Of a DNA stretch of 64,000 nucleotides, positions 1 to 9,900 are shown one piece after another. Made by a program: the position numbers and the translations under genes. The notes under the pieces were generated by a model. The model did no database searches. It had not been told where the DNA came from and was given only the letters and a program-made list of their open reading frames with translations. The stretch's first letter is position 1. Each line of letters opens with the position of its first letter. The DNA is from a virus (taxonomy: Duplodnaviria; Heunggongvirae; Uroviricota; Caudoviricetes): IMG/VR virus record IMGVR_UViG_2740892219_000010, positions 1 through 64,000 of that record; one strand, written 5' to 3'.

Positions 1-1044
1 TTACTCCAGAGACAACCGAACCGAAAAACCGTTTTCAGCGAGCGTCAGGCTCAGTGTGTTGATAGTCCAGTCCCGGTCCTCCTCGGTCCCGAATCCTTGT
101 GTCGTAACTTTACATTCTGCAGTCAGCGATACTAAATCAAGCGTCGCTGGCGTCGTGTATGTCATGGAAAATTCTTTTTTAGCTGCACCGCCCTGCAGTC
201 CCGGAGCGGCTTCTTTCGCTGCATCGAGCGACGGCTCCACTGCCGGCCACTCAATTACGGGATCGCCGCCACTGCCTGTCCGCAATTCTTTGATTTGCCC
301 CGTTGCGGTATCATGATATTTGATCAGATACGTCGGCTCCGAATTTTCGCCACCGCCGCCACTATCACCGCTTTGTCCATTTCTCGAATAGCCCCAGCTG
401 GAGTTATCACGACGAGTTAGCGTGTAGTGCTGGAGCGGAGCACCGCTAACTGATTCGCCCGCGCCGCGCGGCAGGAATATCCAGTACCCTCCTGCGGGTT
501 TGCTCACCGCATCGAATCGTGTTGCTAGTCTCGACATCAGGTGCATATCTGACTCACCGACTTGATCGAGCTGCGTGATAATGTTGTCTGCAAACCGCTT
601 TGATACGCGAGGTTTAAGCCCGTTATCGCTCGCTATTGTCGCAACGATATCGCTGACAGTGACGTCGCTCCAGGAGCGAGTCTTTTTGCTCTGAACTGTC
701 GGAGCGCCTTTTGACGCGTTCATCGGAGCCGCTTTTGCTGTGAAATCAACTACCCGGGGTTCCCCGCCACTGCTCGCACCATCAACGATGTATATACCTT
801 TATCAATTATCTGATTACCGAAACCGAGCCCAAGACTGATTTTCACACCACGGGCCGGAATTTTCAGTGTTTCAGAAACGATAGCTACGCGTAATTCGTC
901 TGTCTGTTTACTCGAACCGCCATAATCTGTGAGCGTGATATTGATCAAACCTTTTCTTATTTTTTCCGTGATGTTTTCATTATCAGCAGATATATAAAAA
1001 TTGGGCTTCCATGCTTCCACGCCAGTATTTACGTAATCACTCAT
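1..1044 (-). CDS. phage tail protein D (P2 gpD / late control D family)
   Basis: Complete 347-aa ORF (stop at 1-3). Overall similarity pattern to P2 gpD as recalled; last gene of a P2-ordered tail operon. Confidence 0.7.
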   Translation of the reverse strand: MSDYVNTGVEAWKPNFYISADNENITEKIRKGLINITLTDYGGSSKQTDELRVAIVSETLKIPARGVKISLGLGFGNQIIDKGIYIVDGASSGGEPRVVDFTAKAAPMNASKGAPTVQSKKTRSWSDVTVSDIVATIASDNGLKPRVSKRFADNIITQLDQVGESDMHLMSRLATRFDAVSKPAGGYWIFLPRGAGESVSGAPLQHYTLTRRDNSSWGYSRNGQSGDSGGGGENSEPTYLIKYHDTATGQIKELRTGSGGDPVIEWPAVEPSLDAAKEAAPGLQGGAAKKEFSMTYTTPATLDLVSLTAECKVTTQGFGTEEDRDWTINTLSLTLAENGFSVRLSLE

Positions 1045-1047
1045 TCA

Positions 1048-1272
1048 TCAATCCCATAATTGCGTTTCTTTTTTAACCGGCTCTGGTTCGATATCTGGTA
1101 AAACAATTTTTTCTCCAGCACGAAACACGGCACACATATCCGTTACGCCGTAATTCGAAACCTGATATAAAACAGTCTCTGTCGTTTTTGACGCTCTCCC
1201 GTAGACCGCAAGGCAGATCTGATCGAGACGGTCACCGTCCCGTGTAGTGTATGTAATCATTTGGGGCCCCAT
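1048..1272 (-). CDS. tail protein X (gpX-like, small LysM-like)
   Basis: 74 aa; resembles the gpX homolog of the second prophage (60922-61122) and P2 gpX as recalled; sits between U-like and D-like genes. Confidence 0.55.
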   Translation of the reverse strand: MGPQMITYTTRDGDRLDQICLAVYGRASKTTETVLYQVSNYGVTDMCAVFRAGEKIVLPDIEPEPVKKETQLWD

Positions 1273-1433
1273 TAATTAAAAGGATTTCATAATGAGAATT
1301 AATTTTAGTAGTCGGAGAGGTATTAGTATTTCGGCGTCAAAAAAAATACCATCAGGTTGTTTTACATTTATGTTCGTAGTTTTTTTTATTATTTTTATAC
1401 TTGTTAAGTGCTCTGGTAGCGCTTGATTTTGTA

Positions 1434-1862
1434 TTAATCCAGCGAAGCTCCATAATATTCGAGCGTGAGTGAAAAGTCCTGCGATTTAGGTGTTCCGCCC
1501 ATCAAAAAGCTGTTTTGCGTTTCAGTTAGTTCTCGCAGCACCCAGTACCCTTTCACCTCCCCGGTCCCCAGCACTAGCTGCTGGGGTTCTCCCGTGTTCC
1601 CGAGCGCTCGCAAATCTGTCAACAGGCCGACGCCGCACCCGTCAAGAAATAAAGCGTTTATCTTTCCATCGATAGTAATTGTGGGGTTCGGTCGTCCGGT
1701 TATCTGCAACGCGTCGTTTTTCCCGAATCGTGTTTGCTGAGCCCAGCGCCAGGCGTCACTACGTTGCAGTTTGTTGTACGCTACTGTTGATATAGCAAAA
1801 ATGAAATCACCCAGGCCGAGCATGATATCCTCAGCACCGTTTATTGCATCACTCATTGTCAC
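1434..1862 (-). CDS. tail protein U-like
   Basis: 142 aa, directly downstream of the tape measure in P2 gene order (T-U-D); assignment is positional. Confidence 0.5.
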   Translation of the reverse strand: MTMSDAINGAEDIMLGLGDFIFAISTVAYNKLQRSDAWRWAQQTRFGKNDALQITGRPNPTITIDGKINALFLDGCGVGLLTDLRALGNTGEPQQLVLGTGEVKGYWVLRELTETQNSFLMGGTPKSQDFSLTLEYYGASLD

Positions 1863-3499
1863 CCCGCCGCAGCTGGTTTATCAAACATCGCGCCACGATT
1901 GTACGAACTCGCAGCCTGTCTCAGTCCATCGAGCACCTCCGACGCTGCAGATTGTTGTATTGACTGCGGATCTGTCGCACCGACAATATTGATTTCGATT
2001 TTATTGTTTTGCTCCGGCGCAGGTGTCGAGACTGCCTGCTTCAACGTATCAATATTTAACGTCGACGAATCCAGTGCTGCAGGCGCGGTATTTTTATTTA
2101 CCATCCCGGATAATGGATTAACAAACGCGAGCATTGATTCTGCCTGAGATTTTGCCTGTTCTTGCCGTTCTGGATGCCGCATATTTTCGACAGCCTCTTC
2201 GGCTTTTGCCTTCGCAATATTATCAGCAGTCAATCCAGCGTTCGGTGAATATTTACCTCCCGAATCCATAAACTCTTGATATGCCCGATTATATTCGTCA
2301 TTATAAGTTTTCTGTTCTTCATCTGATTTTTCATCCGGAATAAGCCACTCCAGTTTCTTTACGACAGCCCATATAATCTTCCCGAATTTGACGCAACCTT
2401 CTCCAAAATTGACGATGCCATCCCACATTTTTTTCATACTTTCTGGTTTTACCCACTCAGTAATTGTGCTGACAAAACCACCCTGATTATCCTTAAACCA
2501 GGATGTAAATGTTTCACGTACTGAGTCAAACGTCGGCGCGAGTTCCCCCCCGATTTTACCGAGTGTATCTGCAAGTCCCGACGTAATAGAGCCCCACAGA
2601 TTTGTCACTGATACATGCGCACGCGCCGCCCCTTCCGCACCCTCTTTTGTTAACAAATTCGACTTTTGCGCGTCAGACATTGTCTGTTCCCAGCTTTTAC
2701 CCGTCGCCTTCATATACGTCATGATCTTATTAGCCTCGCCCCCCATGAGCTGGTCAGCGAGGCTCGCCGCTTGCTTCTCATCTTTCATTTCAGAGATGCG
2801 ACGCATAACCTCATTAAACTGTTTTTCCCGATCCCAGCCAGCCATTCGTTTTTTCGTCAGGCCAATTTGAAATAACATGGGATTCAGGCTTTTTTCGTTT
2901 CCGATTTCGCCGATTTTATTTGTAAGTTCTTCAGACAAATCCCCGATATTTTCGCCGTTCAGGCCCGCGGCTTTACCAATATTTTCCCACGCAGCATATT
3001 TTTCGACGCCAACGCCGTAGGACTTCGCCAGACCGAGTTTTTCTGACGTCTCTGCATTCATTGCCAGCGCACCAGCTGCAGCACCGCCAATGAGCCCTGC
3101 CGCGCCAAGTGTCCCCCATTTGATACCCCGCCCCGTAGCCCTCACCGCACCTGCGGCGGCTCGTCCGCCCCATTTTGCAGCTCCTTTTGCGCGACCCGTC
3201 CACTTCTCCAGCCGCTGTTTTTTAGCAAGTTGAGTATTCAGCGCCTCCTGGTCCTGCGTTGTCGCTTTTATTCGACGGTCCAGCTTTTGATACTGAGCAG
3301 ATAAATCAGAAACGTCTTTACCTGCCAGTTTCATTGCTGCGATTTTGTCTTTTAATTTATCCTGACTTTTCGTTAATTTCCCGACAGTAGACGACGTCTG
3401 CCGAATCGCATCATTGAGTTCTGTTGTACCGCGACGAAACGACGGGTCTATTCGCCCACCGAATACAACCTGCGTTTTAAAGTTTTGAGAAATAGCCAT
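1859..3499 (-). CDS. tail tape measure protein
   Basis: 546 aa, coiled-coil rich, with a Gly/Ala-rich hydrophobic segment (GAAKWGGRAAAGAVRATGRGIKWGTLGAAGLIGGAAAGA); located between the E-like chaperone and U-like gene. Confidence 0.75.
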   Translation of the reverse strand: MAISQNFKTQVVFGGRIDPSFRRGTTELNDAIRQTSSTVGKLTKSQDKLKDKIAAMKLAGKDVSDLSAQYQKLDRRIKATTQDQEALNTQLAKKQRLEKWTGRAKGAAKWGGRAAAGAVRATGRGIKWGTLGAAGLIGGAAAGALAMNAETSEKLGLAKSYGVGVEKYAAWENIGKAAGLNGENIGDLSEELTNKIGEIGNEKSLNPMLFQIGLTKKRMAGWDREKQFNEVMRRISEMKDEKQAASLADQLMGGEANKIMTYMKATGKSWEQTMSDAQKSNLLTKEGAEGAARAHVSVTNLWGSITSGLADTLGKIGGELAPTFDSVRETFTSWFKDNQGGFVSTITEWVKPESMKKMWDGIVNFGEGCVKFGKIIWAVVKKLEWLIPDEKSDEEQKTYNDEYNRAYQEFMDSGGKYSPNAGLTADNIAKAKAEEAVENMRHPERQEQAKSQAESMLAFVNPLSGMVNKNTAPAALDSSTLNIDTLKQAVSTPAPEQNNKIEINIVGATDPQSIQQSAASEVLDGLRQAASSYNRGAMFDKPAAAG

Positions 3500-3607
3500 C
3501 GATTTTCATGACCTCGTTTACATAGAAATTAAAAACCCGGTACGGCAGGTCCATTTGCGTATCGGGCGGGATGGCAAGTTTTTTCGCAATAAACGGAATC
3601 AGAATAA

Positions 3608-3889
3608 CTATATCTGATGTCGGTCTTTCGGGGGCTTTACCAGTTCGTTAAACGCGGCCTCCATTTGATCGTAATCGCACGCAGGCAGTGCATATAAATC
3701 CTCACGCTCCAGATTTGCCAGGCGCGCCAGCATTGTCGCTGTCCGCTCTTCAAGACCACTTTTATCGTTACTGAACATAATGCGGTCGCGTAATTTTGGT
3801 TCGCGAATAGTAATTGTATCGCGGCTCTCACCCTTAATAATAAACGGGCGAGAGAGCGTAATAGTCATACTGTCTAATAATGATTCCAT
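3608..3889 (-). CDS. tail assembly chaperone (gpE-like)
   Basis: 93-aa ORF between tube and tape measure; the -1 frame stays open from its 3' end across the start of the tape-measure gene, as expected for an E/E+E' arrangement. Confidence 0.5.
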   Translation of the reverse strand: MESLLDSMTITLSRPFIIKGESRDTITIREPKLRDRIMFSNDKSGLEERTATMLARLANLEREDLYALPACDYDQMEAAFNELVKPPKDRHQI

Positions 3890-3901
3890 TTTATTTGCCT
3901 T

Positions 3902-4414
3902 TTAATATACATGGAGAATACGAGCAACGCCCGCAAGAACGTCAACACCATTAATTACTCGTTTCATTTTTGCAGGATGAATCTCGTAAATAACTTTTCC
4001 ATTTTGAACTCGTTTATAATAGCTCGGCGCAATCGTTACTGATTGCCCAACTGCTGATTTTGAATCAGTCCCCTGCGCGTCATCAGTAATCGCCGTAATA
4101 AGCCCCTCATATGTATCAATACGTTCAAAATTGACACCGTAATTGTCAGTATATGCACTTCGAATTTCGAACCTTGTTTTAGCACCTGGTATTAATCCAA
4201 AATACCCCATCACACCAGAATCGGAGCCAGAGACTTTAAAACTGGCTGACATTTTCTCCATTCCCCCGTCCAGAGTGATAGCTGTATCCATAGCGCCCGT
4301 CTTAGAATCATCTTCGATTATTTTCATATCGACGGGAGTGTATTCAGTGCAATTTAAAACTCGTTCTCCCTGGACGAACAACGCAAATGCACGATAGGTG
4401 TTACTATCTGCCAT
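3902..4414 (-). CDS. contractile tail tube protein (FII-like)
   Basis: 170 aa, same size as P2 FII (172 aa), immediately downstream of the sheath gene. Confidence 0.7.
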   Translation of the reverse strand: MADSNTYRAFALFVQGERVLNCTEYTPVDMKIIEDDSKTGAMDTAITLDGGMEKMSASFKVSGSDSGVMGYFGLIPGAKTRFEIRSAYTDNYGVNFERIDTYEGLITAITDDAQGTDSKSAVGQSVTIAPSYYKRVQNGKVIYEIHPAKMKRVINGVDVLAGVARILHVY

Positions 4415-4431
4415 ATCAATTCTCCAGATTA

Positions 4432-5934
4432 TTAGACTGTTTCTTTAAAAAGAGGGGCCAGAGCTTCAACTGTGTAATCATTATTAATGCGGTACATTAG
4501 CGTAATTGTTTGTGACGGGGATTTTGGTCCAAAGTCAACATTAATATAAAGATTACCAGCGGCCAGACTTTCTTTTGTATTTAACTCTTCATCTAACCAC
4601 GCCCGTCCTCCGTTAATCGCACCCTGCTCCTCTAATTTATGCAGATACGCGTTTATCGACTCTACAACGTCTGTTCCGAGGTGCAGGTCTATCGGGCGAT
4701 CAATAAAATCGGTCATCATTGCCCGGGCTATTGAATCCTCAATTACGTCAGCTGTCCGACGAACGCACTCGAAAGACCATTGAGGGCTGAGGCTGCACAG
4801 ATAGTTACCCCAGTGCCTAAACCCGTCATAGCGAATAATTGTGCTGACCTGGCTGGCGTTCAACAGGTTCGCTGTGCAGTTTGTCTCACCAATAATAAAA
4901 TCGTCGACTTGTTCAAGCCCTGTAACTCCGTAGATATTCTGATTCGATTTGCTCCACCAAAACCCTTTTTCGTTATCAATTCTGGCTCGTAAACCAGCAG
5001 CGATAGCTGAATACGGGCGAGATAACCCACTAACGTCGCTCGTAGAATAAACGCGAGGACGTAAAATTTCCATCCTGCCGCCATATCTCTGACGACGATT
5101 AACAACGTCTGTGGGTGTAGCGCCTCGCGGTGAATCTATATACCCAACCCCACGTAATTTATTTGTCACGACTTCAAGTTGTTCGGCAATATAATCGTTG
5201 GCGCTATAATCTGGAGCGATTAAAATTCTCGGCGTTACTTGATTTATTTGCGCAGACGTCAATAATGCGTTAATTCCGGTAACGACATTTTTCCTCATTT
5301 TTGTTTCGTCACTGTCTTCTTCAACGCGAACCACAACAATAATGGCGTCTTCCTGATTTAGTATTTCAGATACAGCAGGCGGGAGGGTACCGTACCACCC
5401 GAGCAACTCAGATTTTTTTTTGCTTCCTGCGATTACCGTCGGAATATTGCATGGGAAAGACTCATCTTTACCACCTGATAAATTTGTTGGAGGAAGGGCG
5501 AATACAGTCCCCGTTCCTGCGTGATCACCACCGAATGTGACGTTAATATATTCTCCAATCTGGAGTCCTTCTGTATACTGCTGGTTCTGATCGTACATTT
5601 TTGACGGAGCCATTGCTCCGTCAGTGTACATTGTTAATTTTCGAGACCCGTCGGGTAACGTGCTATATCCGGGAGAACACTCATTCCCGTTAATACCCAA
5701 ATCAACAATTTCGACAATCCAGTTGTTTCCGTCGGCCCCTGGCGTCACTGTTGAAAACTCAACGAGATTATCTGCGAGTTCTGAACCCCATAATAGAAAC
5801 GATCTGGCGGCGATGCTGGCGTCGGGCGCTGTGCCAACAACACCGATTACTGACACGTCGACGGTGGAAATTTCTTTTGTGCCGTCGTCGTATTCAAGCG
5901 TGCGCGGACCGTGCAAAAAATTAGTTGTGCTCAT
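4432..5934 (-). CDS. contractile tail sheath protein (FI-like) with an N-proximal insertion domain
   Basis: 500 aa. N-terminal ~40 aa and C-terminal ~330 aa align with P2 FI as recalled (e.g. RYDGFRHWGNYLCS vs RRDGFRFWGNRTCS; RILIAPDYS vs RILGVPGLD); ~140 extra residues inserted after residue ~40. Confidence 0.85.
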   Translation of the reverse strand: MSTTNFLHGPRTLEYDDGTKEISTVDVSVIGVVGTAPDASIAARSFLLWGSELADNLVEFSTVTPGADGNNWIVEIVDLGINGNECSPGYSTLPDGSRKLTMYTDGAMAPSKMYDQNQQYTEGLQIGEYINVTFGGDHAGTGTVFALPPTNLSGGKDESFPCNIPTVIAGSKKKSELLGWYGTLPPAVSEILNQEDAIIVVVRVEEDSDETKMRKNVVTGINALLTSAQINQVTPRILIAPDYSANDYIAEQLEVVTNKLRGVGYIDSPRGATPTDVVNRRQRYGGRMEILRPRVYSTSDVSGLSRPYSAIAAGLRARIDNEKGFWWSKSNQNIYGVTGLEQVDDFIIGETNCTANLLNASQVSTIIRYDGFRHWGNYLCSLSPQWSFECVRRTADVIEDSIARAMMTDFIDRPIDLHLGTDVVESINAYLHKLEEQGAINGGRAWLDEELNTKESLAAGNLYINVDFGPKSPSQTITLMYRINNDYTVEALAPLFKETV

Positions 5935-5945
5935 TTATTATCCTA

Positions 5946-7115
5946 TTAATTAACAATGCGGCCTTCTGTTACAGTGCCGTACATGCCATTTTTTGCGTTC
6001 TGAAAAACCTGAACCCCGTATTCTTCAACATCGGCAAGACAGGATGTGAATATAACCTCTTCATCAATTCCATCGATATCACAGACGACGCAGATATAGC
6101 TGTGATTAGATAAGCTCTCCCCTAATTTTTTTGGATAAAAAGGCTCTCTTATATTCCGCATTTTTGATATATCTCCAACTGGAATTCGCTGCACCATCAC
6201 GGGATAATCCCTCATTGTTGGAGCAAGAGTGCGCCATGAACCACACAATTCCCCCGTTGCCGCAACAGGAGTTGGACCTGTTACAACTGGTGTAGGAGAT
6301 AAATTGAATCCGGTTACTAATTTCATCGCGGGGAAAATAGTTAATAACTGCCCTTCATAAATCATTACGAGGTTAAACGCCCCATCACCATTTACTTTTG
6401 CAAGCCCCGAGCTGGTATTTACGTTTCCGTTTTCATCAGGAGAAATACCATTTACTGTAAGTACAGGTTTTATATTTCCTATTTCGGTATCAATTTCAGA
6501 AAATTTATCATCAATTTCTGTTTTTTTATAGTAACTGTCTAAATCAATATCAAGATTTTCCCGACCTTCTTTTTGCGCCGCCGCGCCTTTATTTTTAATT
6601 TCAGATAAATTTTTGTTTATCTGCAAATAACGCTTATCGGCATCTGCCTGGCTCATTCCACTACTGTTATCAATAACGACATTAACCGTAGACGTGCTGG
6701 ACACCGCGAGAGTGTATTTATACGTGATTGATATCAGTGCGCCGTTGCTGTTCGTCGGTTTTAAAATATCCGGCGAACGCGCAACTGAATATAATTCGCC
6801 TTTATCGGTTAATATCCCTACCTCGCGGATAGTATAACCGCCGGTTTCCGGCGGTACGTACAGTGTAAAAATGACCTGGTTACCGCTATTTTCTGCGGAT
6901 TTAATATCCCCACGATATGTCTCGTGAATTAATGCTGTTCGTGCCGGGTCTGGCGTCACATCGTCGTTTCCGTTCGCGTCGCCAATAACGAATTTATTCA
7001 GCACCACGGGTACACCCGATGCCAGCGCAGCGGCTTCAAGTTGCGCCCCCCGGTCTGTCAGTACCGCATAAACCTGGCTCGCGCTCGCTTTCAGATTTGA
7101 TTTTAATTTAGCCAT
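5946..7115 (-). CDS. tail fibre protein (P2 gpH-like N-terminal domain, divergent C-terminal domain)
   Basis: 389 aa. N-terminus matches the conserved gpH baseplate-attachment region (LIHETYRGD...YVPPETGGYTIREVGILTDKGELYSVA). The C-terminal half is AT-rich, Cys-containing and unrelated to P2 H; no fibre-assembly gene follows. Confidence 0.7.
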   Translation of the reverse strand: MAKLKSNLKASASQVYAVLTDRGAQLEAAALASGVPVVLNKFVIGDANGNDDVTPDPARTALIHETYRGDIKSAENSGNQVIFTLYVPPETGGYTIREVGILTDKGELYSVARSPDILKPTNSNGALISITYKYTLAVSSTSTVNVVIDNSSGMSQADADKRYLQINKNLSEIKNKGAAAQKEGRENLDIDLDSYYKKTEIDDKFSEIDTEIGNIKPVLTVNGISPDENGNVNTSSGLAKVNGDGAFNLVMIYEGQLLTIFPAMKLVTGFNLSPTPVVTGPTPVAATGELCGSWRTLAPTMRDYPVMVQRIPVGDISKMRNIREPFYPKKLGESLSNHSYICVVCDIDGIDEEVIFTSCLADVEEYGVQVFQNAKNGMYGTVTEGRIVN

Positions 7116-7734
7116 TAGGTCCTATCTCCACTAACAAACTCACAATTGGCGAGCCTGATATATATAGCCCGCCGTTAATTTTTACACCGCCGTCGCCGTC
7201 TGCTGGGATATTTACGCCTATTTTTGCGTAAGCTGCACCAGCGATATAGAATTCACCGTCAACACTTGTTTCGAAATTTATTTCTTTTAATAAGGAACGA
7301 CAGTTTTTTGCATCAAATATTTGTGCAATAAACGTGTTCAATAGTTCTAAATCTAATCCCATGTTTTTTAGCAAGTATATTTTAATTGCGAACGTATACG
7401 GGTCATCCCTGGGCGTGGCCTCAAACCACTCCCGCATTTTGCTCTCAAACCCTACCGTTAATAACGCTCGTTCGACGGCACCACGCGTTCCACGGTGTTT
7501 GTTTTGCCACGCCGCTGCTTTGATAATTTCGCGTTTTTGCTGCTCGCTCCAGTCTGGATTCCAGTACGTTACCGCGTATTCCCACGCCAGCCACGGCAGC
7601 AGATTTGCAGGGCACAAATCGGGATTCTTAATAATTCGAATATCGCCAGGCAGATCGCCGGCGTGAGATAAAACAACTTCCAGCGCTCTCTCGGGGGTTA
7701 TTGCGTTCGGAGGCAGTACGCTTTGACTTGTCAT
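7108..7734 (-). CDS. baseplate/tail protein I-like
   Basis: 208 aa, between the J-like and H-like genes as in P2 (V-W-J-I-H). Confidence 0.6.
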   Translation of the reverse strand: MTSQSVLPPNAITPERALEVVLSHAGDLPGDIRIIKNPDLCPANLLPWLAWEYAVTYWNPDWSEQQKREIIKAAAWQNKHRGTRGAVERALLTVGFESKMREWFEATPRDDPYTFAIKIYLLKNMGLDLELLNTFIAQIFDAKNCRSLLKEINFETSVDGEFYIAGAAYAKIGVNIPADGDGGVKINGGLYISGSPIVSLLVEIGPNG

Positions 7735-7736
7735 GG

Positions 7737-8657
7737 CTACCCCATTTGCACGCTGAGTTTGATTCCTGTGCAGTGCGGAGCCTGTCCAACGCCAGCAATC
7801 ACGTCCTCTGTTGGCGATATCAGAATCACACGCTCAGTGCCGTCACGGTGTATCGCGTCGTAAATTCCTGACAGAGCTGCTGTTGCTCCGATTTTATGCT
7901 GCGTAGCCACGTATATAGCTAAATCGCTCTGAGCACCGTTAAGCAAAACGTTCTGGTCGGGTCCAAGCCCAGCTACGATAACGGCCTCAACCCGGTAATT
8001 CAGGTTCGACGCGGGTTTTACAGTCACGAAATCAGTCAGCGGTCGAGTATCGTCAGGAGACAGGGCCGCATTCACTGTATTCAGTAGTGATTGCGGAGGT
8101 GCACCGTCGCCTGTTCGGGACAAAACGTACATATCGACGTACCCTGGTTGTGTCACCGGCGGTCCGTATGCCTGAGCTGACAGAACGTCGGGATCACTCG
8201 ATAGCGCGAAATAGTTATACGCGTTTGTACTGCCAGCAGTATTCCGCGCGTACCACGATAGCTGTATGCGATGACGATACTCATCGTCACTCTCGTAAAC
8301 CGCCTCAGTCGGGGGAATCGCATCACGATTAGCTGGCGTTATCAACAGCCGCAGGCAGTCAAAATTAGCGCCAATCTGGTCGAGGTCCCCCTCTTTTGCA
8401 AACGCGAGTAATACCGCGAGCATCCCCTGATTTACCCGCGCTGTAATGATAATTTCTCTGTATGCAACTATTTCCAGCAGTTTAACGGCCGGGTCTGACT
8501 CCAGGAGTGCGTTAAATTGTGGATATAATATCTGCAGCTCTGACAGTAGATTAGATTTAACATCTGAAAATAGCGGAGTTTTAACAAACGCGGGCGGCGG
8601 CAGCAGACTCATATCAATAGTTTTCACTATCGAATTCTGAACTGTTGATGTTATCAA
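7737..8657 (-). CDS. baseplate assembly protein J
   Basis: 306 aa, collinear similarity to P2 gpJ as recalled (LITPANRDAIPPTEAVYESDDEYRHRIQ... vs P2 J TITPADDSTIPPTPAVMESDTDYRLRIQ). Confidence 0.85.
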   Translation of the reverse strand: MITSTVQNSIVKTIDMSLLPPPAFVKTPLFSDVKSNLLSELQILYPQFNALLESDPAVKLLEIVAYREIIITARVNQGMLAVLLAFAKEGDLDQIGANFDCLRLLITPANRDAIPPTEAVYESDDEYRHRIQLSWYARNTAGSTNAYNYFALSSDPDVLSAQAYGPPVTQPGYVDMYVLSRTGDGAPPQSLLNTVNAALSPDDTRPLTDFVTVKPASNLNYRVEAVIVAGLGPDQNVLLNGAQSDLAIYVATQHKIGATAALSGIYDAIHRDGTERVILISPTEDVIAGVGQAPHCTGIKLSVQMG

Positions 8658-8995
8658 AATATCAGCTCCATATTATTAAACTCTAATCGCTGTTGTGTTT
8701 CGATATCTGTTGCGATAATTAATATTGTTATTTTCCCGACATCCACTGCTAACACATTTATTCTGTCAATTCTGACGCGTGGTTCCCAGCGAGCTATTGC
8801 GCCAGCGCTTTCCATGATTATTCGCATAGCAAGCGACGGATCTGTGGGATTATCAACAAGATCAAATAATTTGCTGCCATATTCTGGCAACATTACACGC
8901 GTCCCCAGCGGGGTCGTTAAAATATCAACGATAGACTGACGAATGTGATCAGTCCCCGATAAAGGCTTACCGGTGTTACGGTCCATTCCAAGCAT
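8654..8995 (-). CDS. baseplate assembly protein W (gp25-like)
   Basis: 113 aa; typical size and position between V and J. Confidence 0.75.
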   Translation of the reverse strand: MLGMDRNTGKPLSGTDHIRQSIVDILTTPLGTRVMLPEYGSKLFDLVDNPTDPSLAMRIIMESAGAIARWEPRVRIDRINVLAVDVGKITILIIATDIETQQRLEFNNMELIF

Positions 8996-8997
8996 AT

Positions 8998-9900
8998 TTA
9001 CGCCATTGGTTGGTTCGGTTGTTGTGTTTCCCCATCAGGACATGTGTGAGTGTGTCCGTTGTACGTTGTGCGGACCTCAGTTATTGTGCCTTGTCGGTCC
9101 TGCACCTCTTGCCCTGCTAACACACTACCGCGAGTTGTGATATTACCTGTTCCACCGTTATCTCCAGTGACAGAAATATCGTTGCGGAATGTCGCCAGTT
9201 TATCAACAACCAGCGTTTCTGTTATATGCGTTGGACCTGCTAGCGTTATCCCGCCGGGCGCTAATGCTCTTATTGTTTCTGCCGTCAGCGATATACTATT
9301 CGCGGCGGTAACATTTACTGAACTTGTTGCTATTACGTTCACTAAATCAGCGTGCGCGTTAATTGTATCTGTCGCTGTCACGTTAATAACGTCAGCGTCT
9401 GCGTTAATTAATTTTCCGCCGTGAATATTGACAACGTTTTCACTTGTGACCGTAACGTCTGCGCGACCCAAAATTTCTATTTTGGATTCGCCGAGAATTT
9501 TTACAATTCCTTCTGGTACTCCTTGCCAGATGAGAGTGTGGTTTTCTGTGTTATAGGTTAGCGTTGCGCCGTCACAATATGCGGTGACGTGGTCGTGAGG
9601 GTCAGTACTGGGCGGTGCTTTGTTGTCAATATGTAATCCGAGCATGACGACGCCATTTCGCGTATCTCCCCCCTCAGAAACAACAGTGACTGGGTCGCCA
9701 ACAGATGGGGCGCTCCAGTCCACGCGCTCCGATGTCGCGTGCGTGAACCATTGTAGCCAGCCCGATTGGTGTTCTCCACCAAACGACACGCGACATCTTG
9801 GAGGATTCATCTGAACTGCAGCTATGGTGCCGCGTTTAACTGAGTCACGCAGCCGGCGAGCGTTCTCCGCGGAGGCGTATTCATCGTCCGATTGGGCCAT
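8998..9900 (-). CDS. baseplate assembly protein V (central spike/hub)
   Basis: 300 aa. N-terminal domain resembles the V N-terminus of the second prophage (63668-64000); C-terminal region has spike-like repeats (VINVTATDTINAHADLVNVIATSSVNVTAANSISLTAE). Confidence 0.8.
   Translation of the reverse strand: MAQSDDEYASAENARRLRDSVKRGTIAAVQMNPPRCRVSFGGEHQSGWLQWFTHATSERVDWSAPSVGDPVTVVSEGGDTRNGVVMLGLHIDNKAPPSTDPHDHVTAYCDGATLTYNTENHTLIWQGVPEGIVKILGESKIEILGRADVTVTSENVVNIHGGKLINADADVINVTATDTINAHADLVNVIATSSVNVTAANSISLTAETIRALAPGGITLAGPTHITETLVVDKLATFRNDISVTGDNGGTGNITTRGSVLAGQEVQDRQGTITEVRTTYNGHTHTCPDGETQQPNQPMA

Noticed and set aside
3637-3831. 64-aa minus-strand ORF overlapping the gpE-like gene, considered as a possible E' frame
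   Set aside because: It is in the wrong frame and ends before the E stop, so it cannot be the frameshift extension; the open -1 frame downstream of E is the relevant one.
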